From the NCBI GenBank assembly GCA_028338895.1, contig JAOLAV010000003.1, positions 2,598 through 66,597 on the forward strand: a DNA stretch of 64,000 bases, read 5' to 3'. The translations under genes were made by a program, and so were the position numbers. Source of the DNA: Fidelibacterota bacterium (GTDB taxonomy: Bacteria; Fidelibacterota; Marinisomatia; Marinisomatales; UBA1611). Position 1 is the first letter of the stretch, and every line of letters begins with the position of its first letter. The notes below the pieces were generated by a model. The model was not told where the DNA came from. It was given only the letters and a program-made list of their open reading frames with translations, and made no database searches. Of the stretch, positions 20,301 to 27,828 are shown in pieces.

Positions 20301-23300
20301 CAACCTTAACATGGTCAATACTAACCCCAAGTCCATCACCCAATAGGCTGAGTTCGTATTCTTGCTGTTGAAAAGGGTTAAAGTTAAGACTGATATTTAA
20401 AGGAGTATCTTCATTGGTAATCAATTGGTTTTCAAGGATCGTTTTCACCTCTATTATGAATGGTAAAATTTGACTTGGCGTATGGTCGTTCCAAGAGCCA
20501 TCAGGACATAAATGAACGTAAGGTTCATTACCACCTGAGTTATTTGGTTCACCAACAAGCCAATTTGTGTAGACTAAATCTTCTCCTGTTGTCCATGAAA
20601 ATTCATTTGAATTTTCAAGACGTAATCCAATCCATGCGTTAGTAACAAATTGACTCAAAAACTCATTCTCTTCAGATGAAGTTACAGCAGCAAGTGAAGC
20701 ACCATTGATACCTGATATCAAATTATTTGCATCTTCCCATGTACTAGATCCAACGGATAAGAAGTAATGTCCATCTTGAAACTCACCTAAATCAATATAG
20801 TTTTCGTTTTCAAATGGCTCAGTATTAAATGATGAAATCGAAATAGAATTAGGTCTCCTATATGTAGGACCACAACCAATCTCTGTGGCTCCCATAAGGG
20901 TGCCCGGAATAGAAAAATCAATAAGAGGTGTGTTTTCAGCGACACTGAATTCATTACCTTCTGGATCACAGAAAAGTGGATCTACATTATAATGTACTCC
21001 GTTGGCTAGAATAATATTATTTGCCTCAGCAATCAAAGGATCTGATCCGAAAAAAGTAGAATTTTCTATGGTTAATTCATCTGGAAAATTTGAATTTGGG
21101 GATAGGAAAACAGATTTATTGTTTAATCTATTTGAAACAAAAACTGTGTTCTTTACCAAAATATCGTTTCCTTGATATGTGTCATTAAAATACTGTCCAT
21201 TTGACCATATGTCAGATCCTATATTTTCATTAGCCTTATTCATATAGAATATTCCATCTTCAATTGTGATATCACCACCCTTGTAATCGCTTCCTAGATT
21301 AATTGCTCCGGTGACTGTGTTGGGATTACCATTATTTGCAAAAAGTGTTGATTTAATAATTGACGGTGCAAAACCAACTCCTGAGTACAATATTCCACCA
21401 GCAAAATTATTTTGGATAACGCACGACTCTAACAACACTCCAGTATCATATGCAAAAATTGCAGGACCATCATTATGGCCTTCAACTGTAACTCCAACGA
21501 AAGATGGATATGCTCCATTTGCGCTTAGCGTAATCCCTTTTGAATTCAAATTATTTCTGATAGTTGTATTTTCAATTAGAGATGAGGATGTTCTTATAAA
21601 AAAACTAGCATCACCACCATCATTATTTTCAACAATAATATCAGATACAATTAAGTTTGATCCCATAAGATTGATTCCACTACCGTAGGCATATGGAAAC
21701 CCATTCTCAGATATTGCTTTACCATTCCGAACTGTAAAGCCTTTAAAATAGTTGAATAATTCTGGATTATTTTGGTTATGACTTACATTTGTTATCCTTA
21801 CAACGTTATCTTTGAGCCCTCCATCTAGGATAGTCTCATTACTGCCATTTATACCTATAATTGAGATTTTTTTCCCAATCCAATAAAGATTTTCATGGTA
21901 AATACCCGGACCAACAAAAATAGTCTTTTCATTTGCGACTTCTGTAAAATGAGGATTAATCACTTCTATTACTGGCTGGATATCTCTCAATGGATTTTCT
22001 TGAGTACCATCACCATTAATATTTGAGCCTTCTATTGAAACATAATAATCTCTATTTTCATCAACTTTTATATTGTTTATGGTAAAGGAATTATAATTTG
22101 AATAGGTGATTCCACCTTCAAAACCATATTCTTGCATACCATCAAGCGCTTTTATTACCACATTATATTCAATCTCCCTAACAAGATTAGGAATCTTAAT
22201 GAATCTTTCTAAATCATGAGTAAAAAACTCTTCATCTAAAATAAGATTAGTACTGGTATATTCATCAAATAGCTCAAAATCATCAACATATACCGTTTTT
22301 GCGACTTCACCCTCTGCTGGAGTGTAAAAAACACCAATATGGACAGCTACTGCCTCCTCTGGCAATTCAAAACCTAAGTAAAGAGTTTCCCATAGACCTG
22401 GTGTGTTACCTTCAAATGGAACACTTGTTGCAGAGTAAACTTCATTCTCTTGGGCAAAATCCCAATTATCCCAAGCCATGACGTATAATCGTACATTATC
22501 AGATAAATTACTCAAAATATTATCTGCATGCGATGAGACTTGTGCCTTTAAGATTTGGGGACCCTCTCTAAATTCATCTGCATTTTTAATTTGAATTAAA
22601 TAGTTATTAACCATTTCACCACTACTAGTTAATACGGCAACCGTTCTATTATTTTCAATAGTCTCAAGGTTAATGGTCTGGTCGCTTCCTGCCCAACCAA
22701 CCCAACCACCATCTTCACTTAATGGGTCTTCAAAAGAGGTGTTTTGCATAGGTGTATTATCAAATAAATTTGAAATGTTATCATGAGACCATATTAGTGT
22801 ATCATGCCCTACAACGGCGTGCCCCTCTAATTCAACCTGATAATGAACATTCTGCTCATTATCCTCTGAAATCTCCCAATTTAATGCAACTTCAACCCCT
22901 TGGTCATTCCATGTAAAAACTGAATTTGTCTCTGGAGTTAAAAGAGAAAAATTCGAAGGAGGATAGTTTTCATAATATTCAACTTCCACAATAAACCTTC
23001 TAGAAATACTTGCAAGACCATCATTCCAATGACCAACTGAATTGTGATTTGTGTTTGCGTAATGTTCTAATCCATTATTATTATCTGGTTGACCAGGAGC
23101 CCAAGACGTGAAATTAAATTCTTCGCCAGTTACCCATGTCCAAACACCTTCTTCAACTGCATCTGAAGCACCAATCCAGATACTAGGTATACTTTCAGTA
23201 GTAGAAGAAATAAACTCATTTTCCTCCAATGAATTAATTGTCACAAGGTGAGCATCATAAAAATTATCTTCTAAGAAAGTATTTGCGTCTTCCCATGTAG

Positions 23301-25632
23301 AAGAATAATCCGAAACATAGTACATATTTCCTTCAAACTCACCTAAAAAGGTAAACTCAGGTTCGCCATTTATATCCTGACAAGGAACGCACATGGAAGT
23401 GCAAACAGGATCAAGCAAGATATGTTGATCAACGAGATTAACGTACCTATTGTAATCATTATTACCAGCAGAGACAGTACAGTCATCTGTTGAGGTAAGC
23501 AATTCTGCGTTATCCCATGAATTACCATTGATGTATTTAAATTCATATTCGCCTGGAAAAAGGTTAAGTGTTACTGTAAAAATTCCATCTTGATCATGGT
23601 CAAACATCTCAATTCCCGCTGGATCCCACAGTGGAAATAAATTATTTTCAAACGCCCCATCATAATTGGGATCTTGAAAATTACCAGCAAGGTGAACTCC
23701 ATCTAATGATGGAGCTTGATTTGTTAAGTCATAATTAAATGTGATATCGTATTTTTCAGGTACATCTAATGACATAGATATATCATCAAAATACACAGCA
23801 CCTGAGGTTCCCCCCACCAACATTACTCCTGCGGTTATTATTTCAGTACCTTCAGGTATTGTAGCATTCAAATCTCTAAATGTCCATTCTTGAGTCCTGT
23901 CTGCTGACGAAAATTTTTCTGAAAGAACTTCGCTTTTCCAATTCCAATCCGCATCATGAAAAGCAATTCTTAAAACAGCATGAGTTTCGGATTCGCTATT
24001 ATCAGCATCTACCAATAGATCATCTTCATGTTGCCAAAAAAATGCGCTAAGGTTTAATTCTGTTCCAACAGGAATGTCAACTGTAGTATAGGTTTCTGTC
24101 AAATAATTTATAGCATCAGATCCTTGATTTAAAGTCCACATTTTAGCAGATGCATTTCCAGAGTACGGTGTAAACAGCGCTTCAGACTCATGTATATTTT
24201 CACCATCAACGGCAGTTGCGTAATGTGTATTATCCGGCCAAGGAACCCATCTATCAAGTACATGAATACCTGCTTCTTCGGACAATGTGTAATTTTCAAA
24301 ACCTCTATTTGTTAATTGCGGAAAACGATGGTCTTGATAAATTGGATCTAGATGGGTACCAATGTACTCCCATGTGTCTACATCCAAAACTAGCCATTCA
24401 GAATTACTTTGTGTTGTTCCAGAGGAAAATTCCCAATCCGTATTCCCCCTTTCAACATTAGATTTTCTTACCAGAGTATGGTCTTTTGCCGCAGCCTCGA
24501 CTCCGGCAATGTCATAAACAGGTCGATCGATACTACTAGGCATCTTACCAAATGCATCAATAAGGTGTTCTAGGTCACTAATTTTATAAAATAAACCAAT
24601 AAAATCATTACCATTGAAGTCTAATGGTGAAGGTTCATAAGCACCCTCATCAGATTCAGTCGGATAAATGAAATTTACTTTCGACTGTAATAATTCATCT
24701 GCGTTATCTTTTGAAATCACAAAAACTCCGCCAACGGCGAGCACTGATTGTTCGCTTGGAATAATATCCAGAGGATATGAATACTCGTACATAATTTGTG
24801 GATTATCACCATCTTGATGGGCGTTATTAGAAATACCAATAAAAAAGTCGTGTAAGTTTACCTCATCCGGACCTGCATTGTAAATTTCAAGATACTTATT
24901 TTGCAACGAACCTTCGCCATATTCACTGAAAAAGACTCCTAAATCTTCAGGATTTATAGGATCATTATTACAGGGAATATCACTAAGAAACTGATTTTCA
25001 TCTAGAGTCGTAGTTGCAATTACATTATCACCAACATAAATACATGTTAAATCAGGATTGTCATTTGCCTGAAGTTCAGTCAAAGCAGTATTCGCACTCA
25101 CATCGAAAGAGGTTAATTGATTTTCTTTGACATAAAGAATAGTCAAAGCAGTATTCGCACTCACATCGAAAGAGGTTAATTGATTAGAATAGACAAAAAG
25201 TTCAGTCAAAGCAGTATTCGCACTCACATCGAAAGAGGTTAATTGATTACCCCCTACATTAAGAAAAGTCAAAGCAGGATTCGCACTCACATCGAAAGAG
25301 GTTAATTGATTGTTCCAGGCTCTAAGTTCAGTCAGAGCAGTATTAGCACTCACATCGAAAGAGGTTAATTGATTGTCATAGACAGCAAGTTCAGTCAGAG
25401 CAGTAAATGCTTCAATACCCGTGAGGTCACTTATGCCAGAGTTATTAGCATTAAGCTCAGTGATCACCTCTACTGTCGCTGTTAAAACCGCACCATCTAA
25501 AACATCATCATGTCCTAGGTTGATTAGTTTTTGTTCAAAATTAGCATCGGGGATTGAGGTATATAATGTTTGCCCATAGATAGACGAAGAAACTGTTAAT
25601 ATTAAAAGAATAGCTAGGTTAATTTTTTTCAT
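17362..25632 (-). CDS. Giant T9SS-secreted multidomain surface protein (2,756 aa)
   Basis: Signal peptide. Six 21-aa LRRs (NQLTSFDVSANTALTEL). Lamin-tail-like segment (FFSEYGEGSLQNKYLEIYN). Two C-type-lectin-like domains (WIGASD...QPDNNNG...WNDG and WIGL...EPNNSGG...WNDH). Right-handed beta-helix region. About ten FN3-like modules. C-terminal LHQNYPNPFNPTTQIKY... sorting domain. Confidence 0.9.
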   Translation of the reverse strand: MKKINLAILLILTVSSSIYGQTLYTSIPDANFEQKLINLGHDDVLDGAVLTATVEVITELNANNSGISDLTGIEAFTALTELAVYDNQLTSFDVSANTALTELRAWNNQLTSFDVSANPALTFLNVGGNQLTSFDVSANTALTELFVYSNQLTSFDVSANTALTILYVKENQLTSFDVSANTALTELQANDNPDLTCIYVGDNVIATTTLDENQFLSDIPCNNDPINPEDLGVFFSEYGEGSLQNKYLEIYNAGPDEVNLHDFFIGISNNAHQDGDNPQIMYEYSYPLDIIPSEQSVLAVGGVFVISKDNADELLQSKVNFIYPTESDEGAYEPSPLDFNGNDFIGLFYKISDLEHLIDAFGKMPSSIDRPVYDIAGVEAAAKDHTLVRKSNVERGNTDWEFSSGTTQSNSEWLVLDVDTWEYIGTHLDPIYQDHRFPQLTNRGFENYTLSEEAGIHVLDRWVPWPDNTHYATAVDGENIHESEALFTPYSGNASAKMWTLNQGSDAINYLTETYTTVDIPVGTELNLSAFFWQHEDDLLVDADNSESETHAVLRIAFHDADWNWKSEVLSEKFSSADRTQEWTFRDLNATIPEGTEIITAGVMLVGGTSGAVYFDDISMSLDVPEKYDITFNYDLTNQAPSLDGVHLAGNFQDPNYDGAFENNLFPLWDPAGIEMFDHDQDGIFTVTLNLFPGEYEFKYINGNSWDNAELLTSTDDCTVSAGNNDYNRYVNLVDQHILLDPVCTSMCVPCQDINGEPEFTFLGEFEGNMYYVSDYSSTWEDANTFLEDNFYDAHLVTINSLEENEFISSTTESIPSIWIGASDAVEEGVWTWVTGEEFNFTSWAPGQPDNNNGLEHYANTNHNSVGHWNDGLASISRRFIVEVEYYENYPPSNFSLLTPETNSVFTWNDQGVEVALNWEISEDNEQNVHYQVELEGHAVVGHDTLIWSHDNISNLFDNTPMQNTSFEDPLSEDGGWVGWAGSDQTINLETIENNRTVAVLTSSGEMVNNYLIQIKNADEFREGPQILKAQVSSHADNILSNLSDNVRLYVMAWDNWDFAQENEVYSATSVPFEGNTPGLWETLYLGFELPEEAVAVHIGVFYTPAEGEVAKTVYVDDFELFDEYTSTNLILDEEFFTHDLERFIKIPNLVREIEYNVVIKALDGMQEYGFEGGITYSNYNSFTINNIKVDENRDYYVSIEGSNINGDGTQENPLRDIQPVIEVINPHFTEVANEKTIFVGPGIYHENLYWIGKKISIIGINGSNETILDGGLKDNVVRITNVSHNQNNPELFNYFKGFTVRNGKAISENGFPYAYGSGINLMGSNLIVSDIIVENNDGGDASFFIRTSSSLIENTTIRNNLNSKGITLSANGAYPSFVGVTVEGHNDGPAIFAYDTGVLLESCVIQNNFAGGILYSGVGFAPSIIKSTLFANNGNPNTVTGAINLGSDYKGGDITIEDGIFYMNKANENIGSDIWSNGQYFNDTYQGNDILVKNTVFVSNRLNNKSVFLSPNSNFPDELTIENSTFFGSDPLIAEANNIILANGVHYNVDPLFCDPEGNEFSVAENTPLIDFSIPGTLMGATEIGCGPTYRRPNSISISSFNTEPFENENYIDLGEFQDGHYFLSVGSSTWEDANNLISGINGASLAAVTSSEENEFLSQFVTNAWIGLRLENSNEFSWTTGEDLVYTNWLVGEPNNSGGNEPYVHLCPDGSWNDHTPSQILPFIIEVKTILENQLITNEDTPLNISLNFNPFQQQEYELSLLGDGLGVSIDHVKVESGFEVTITSEQNLNGEFDFSFVITDDLFPQLTDTLDFHLSILPVNDTPEIISFSEGQIIEFNEDTSFEFDIELLDVDAGDELLLSAALLNSGDEVGPEQISVFSLNGTELLITPSDNWNGELLLELTVTDTELATDFISIPVKIQNTNDAPNTFTLSSPDHESEVLSLTPNLEWVASLDIDPMDTVRYEVSFGSSILDLQTYQAGTLTAFTLDYDLEDNTTYYWKVIASDLSDASIENTGGYQSFKVNTENDLPGDFTTLTPELGSMVTDLTPTLMWEEPTDADDASSVSTGVTPGLALQFTPNTLSRNSRYVVSYDVYVNTVDVFDGVTPVTVSETHYTPEVDLSEDAMYYWKVVATDDDGGQTESNMSSFWTNSENSIPTEVVLLTPDSEAETGLAPTFSWTASTDADLEDHLTYQLTYQSSLEDVIHVELGAELTYTPEVELMDNTDYVWQVVVTDQSGATYTTPLQSFRVNTENDNPEGFVLISPIDGSYTSDFNQLLVWSPSNDIDNDFIQFEVKLNGELFAMTENNYIHLYDLMEDMVYEWSVVAMDDNGGSTESEMWSFTVNAENAPPSDFTLITPLPDSLIETTEQITFEWERSEDMDPLDAVMYHLEIHTEESQMMYETSEQSFTVESLTDNHVYHWSVKAMDLNGAMTENVGGPSMFIVNTMNDAPTMSELVAPLDGSIQTDLSPNFYWTVSDDIDPMDHVSYSMSWWGMDDMEVQSVSLDSNGVTPEEDLMDNSMYGWSVEAMDMNEATALTETAYFYTDAFPEAPANFMTLAPENDAAGLGTEVTFVWNATTDPDPIETISYQLVYSEDWMDSTAYIFSEMLDDTSVTMILEDNMEYFWKVLAKDSDGFIVGSNENTPNILVIGTLSLDGEMLPTEFTLHQNYPNPFNPTTQIKYALPKRSLVNITIYDVMGRIVKNLVNSSMDAGYHSLTWDATNNSGEGISAGMYIYTIQAGEYRSTKKMVLLK
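25075..25455 (-). repeat. Six tandem 63-bp repeats encoding the LRR array
   Basis: Near-invariant core of about 44 bp, GTCA(A/G)AGCAG(T/G)ATT(C/A)GCACTCACATCGAAAGAGGTTAATTGATT, recurs every 63 bp (25079, 25142, 25205, 25268, 25331; a degenerate sixth copy at 25394). Units are separated by segments of about 19 bp that differ in every copy. Confidence 0.9.
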
Positions 25633-25725
25633 TGAAAAATCTCTTTTTATTTAAGTTATATAAATTATTAAAAAATTTCAGCTACGATGATAATGAGATT
25701 GGTTCTCTTATCCAAATAATATTAC

Positions 25726-26274
25726 TTGCTATTTGGAAGTAATATTAAGAGTACCTCCAAAAGAATCAATAAACCAATTCCGAAGCAGTACATGCAAGAT
25801 ATCTTCCAATGCGATGAAATTGACCCTACATATCGTTTATTTTGGAGAATCATGTATTATACTGGCTTTGACCCAGTAGATGCCTTAAACCTAACTCCTG
25901 CGAACATAAACAATGAGAATGATACAATTTTTACCGACAGAGGTAAGAATGATAAAGAAACTTTTATTATTCCTATTGCTGATAGTTTAAAAAATCATGA
26001 TCTATTTAATTTGGGAGATAAGTTTCCGCAAAAACTGCATAAAGGAAAGCTTCGTGAATCATTGAAAATACTTAGGAAGTATTTAAAAAAGTTCGGATAC
26101 AATGGATATGTTAGTTTCAAATGTTTGCGACATACCTTTAATCAGAACTTAGCAGAGAATGGAATTGATGGTGCGATGAGAACAAAAGTTCTAGGTCAAA
26201 CAGGTAAGAATACGAATCGGACTTACACCCATCAAAACAATGAAATGCTAAAAGAAGCTATGAGGAATTTTTGA
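25726..26274 (+). pseudogene. 5'-truncated tyrosine recombinase remnant (catalytic domain only)
   Basis: ...YYTGFDPVDALNL..., FKCLRHTFNQNLAENG and LGQTGKNTNRTYTH are recognisable integrase boxes. The box I Arg position is not conserved. There is no N-terminal DNA-binding domain and only 90 nt separate it from the giant gene start. TTG pseudo-start. Confidence 0.6.
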
Positions 26275-26275
26275 G

Positions 26276-26336
26276 AACGTGATACATGGCAAAAACATGG
26301 CAAAACGATTTTAAAACGTGATACAAACGTGATACA
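26276..26336. repeat. Cluster of 11-bp direct repeats (candidate arm-type recombinase sites)
   Basis: AACGTGATACA at 26276, 26315 and 26326 (the last two in perfect tandem). ACATGGCAAAA at 26284 and 26295 (perfect tandem). Confidence 0.8.
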
Positions 26337-26452
26337 TTTCATGCAATATATACTAAAAACGCCTATATATACGACAAATAGTAAATTCTAAAAGAAGCAA
26401 AAAAGGGATGATTTAACACCCCTTTTCTCCTCGTGAAACACTTTTCTCCTCG

Positions 26453-26511
<59 letters not shown>

Positions 26512-26530
26512 GTTATGAGCGAGCCTTTGA

Positions 26531-26549
26531 GTAGCATATGGGTAGCATT
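26531..26549. repeat. Arm-like block GTAGCATATGGGTAGCATT (two GTAGCAT at 11-bp phase), left end of island
   Basis: 18/19 identical to 39306-39324, same orientation, 19 bp from the att core and 26 bp before the integrase ATG. Confidence 0.6.
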
Positions 26550-26574
26550 CCAACCATAACAAATAGGAAATGTT

Positions 26575-27452
26575 ATGGCTTCATTATACAAGAAAAGAGA
26601 TGTTTGGTATCTCGCTTTAACAATCAATAACAATAGAGTTACTCGAAGTCTTAGAACCAAAGACTATAAAGTCGCTAAGTCTATTAAACCACATGCTGAG
26701 TCAGCACTGATCGCAGAGCTTAGTGGCTTTGTCACTAAGAATGAAAATCTATCCTTTAATCATCTCTGTGAACGCTTCTTAACCTACAATCATAACTGGT
26801 CTAAAAATACCTATAAGCTCATTAAGCATATACCACCTCCCATCTTAATGGTAAACCACTTCCAACCAATCCAACTAGTAGAGCTATTCATACTCGCCAT
26901 ATTAATCAGTGCTGGAACTGGGGATTGAAGCATAATCTAGTGACTAAAGCATTCAAGCTGCCTGGAGATATTAAAGGTGAAGCGAGGCTAAGAACTTTTA
27001 CAAAGAATGAATTAACTAGTTTGTTTGATAATATACACGATCAGGACTTTAATGCTTTTGTACGCTTTGCTTACTATACTGGCGCTAGAAGTGGTGAAAT
27101 ACGCTCTATTCTGAGAGATCAGATACATGATGGATACGTTGTCGCTTATGGTAAAACTGGGCGCAGAGTCATCAAACTGAATGATCAAGCTCAAGAGTTA
27201 TTAAGAGATCAATCAATACTCTGGTCTTATTCAAAAGATTATGTTAGCCATAAGTTTAAAAAAGAGGTTCGTAGACTTAACATTAGAAATGCTCGTTTTC
27301 ATGATTTAAGAAGAACTTTTGGGTTAAACCTGATCAAACAAGGCATGTCTATTTATAAAGTAAGTAAATTACTGGGACATGCTTCCGTTAGAACAACGGA
27401 ACAACATTATGCACCACTGCTTACTGTTGACATTGAGGACTTTAAACTATGA
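26575..27452 (+). pseudogene. int: Phage-type tyrosine integrase interrupted by one frameshift near 26830-26845
   Basis: N-terminal part MASLYKKRDVWYLALTINNNRVTRSLRTKDYKVA... runs to ...NTYKLIKHI in frame 1. It continues as ...SHLNGKPLPTNPTSRAIHTRHINQCWNWGLKHNLVTKAF... in the +2 frame. Catalytic ARFHDLRRTF and LLGHASVRTTEQHYAP boxes are intact. Confidence 0.8.
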
Positions 27453-27517
27453 AAATGAATTATTAACTAAATAACAATAATGGACATTTTTCAGCGTAAA
27501 TCACCAATGGTCCTAGG

Positions 27518-27638
27518 AAGGAGAATAAGGAGAATAAGGAGAATAACTCTCTCTTATATATATACAAGCACGTTTTTTTCTCTCCTCGCAAAACACCAAG
27601 GAGAATAACTTATTCTCCTTATTCTCCTTATTCTCCTT
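27518..27638. repeat. Inverted array of 9-mers: 3x AGGAGAATA, 63-bp spacer, 3x TATTCTCCT
   Basis: AAGGAGAATAAGGAGAATAAGGAGAATAA (27518-27546) is the exact reverse complement of TTATTCTCCTTATTCTCCTTATTCTCCTT (27610-27638). A fourth direct copy (27598-27608) abuts the right arm and forms an 11+11 palindrome. The spacer contains TATATATATA. Confidence 0.9.
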
Positions 27639-27775
27639 CTCAGCACAACAACTAATCCTGGAATCCATCCATTTCAACGGAAACTTTTACTAGTTATGAC
27701 CATCCTTTTTAGTTCGCCCAGGTCTTTTTTGGTCGAATTAAAAGAGGATAATATTATATCAGTTATTGTTGACGT

Positions 27776-27808
27776 AAACAAAAAAGCCCCGATAACTCGA
27801 GGCTTTTC
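27776..27808 (-). terminator. Rho-independent terminator of the island giant gene
   Basis: Lies within the 38-bp block (27772-27809) that is identical to 16632-16669 (ACGTAAACAAAAAAGCCCCGATAACTCGAGGCTTTTCT). Confidence 0.6.
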
Positions 27809-27828
27809 TGGTTCTTATGTGTTTAGTT

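Noticed and set aside
20475-23375. Diversity-generating retroelement targeting the C-type-lectin-like domains
   Set aside because: There is no reverse transcriptase gene and no template/variable repeat pair with adenine-specific differences in the window. The two lectin domains are not near-identical at the DNA level.
19137-24461. Several 60-125-aa ORFs inside or antisense to the 2,756-aa gene (19137, 19835, 20460, 20787, 21311, 22299, 24216)
   Set aside because: These are shadow ORFs of a long, well-supported coding frame with clear domain content.
27518-27638. CRISPR array or integron attC site as an explanation for the 9-mer array
   Set aside because: The units are only 9 bp and directly abutting, with no spacers. 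The arms lack the RYYYAAC/GTTRRRY attC ends. No cas or intI genes are nearby.
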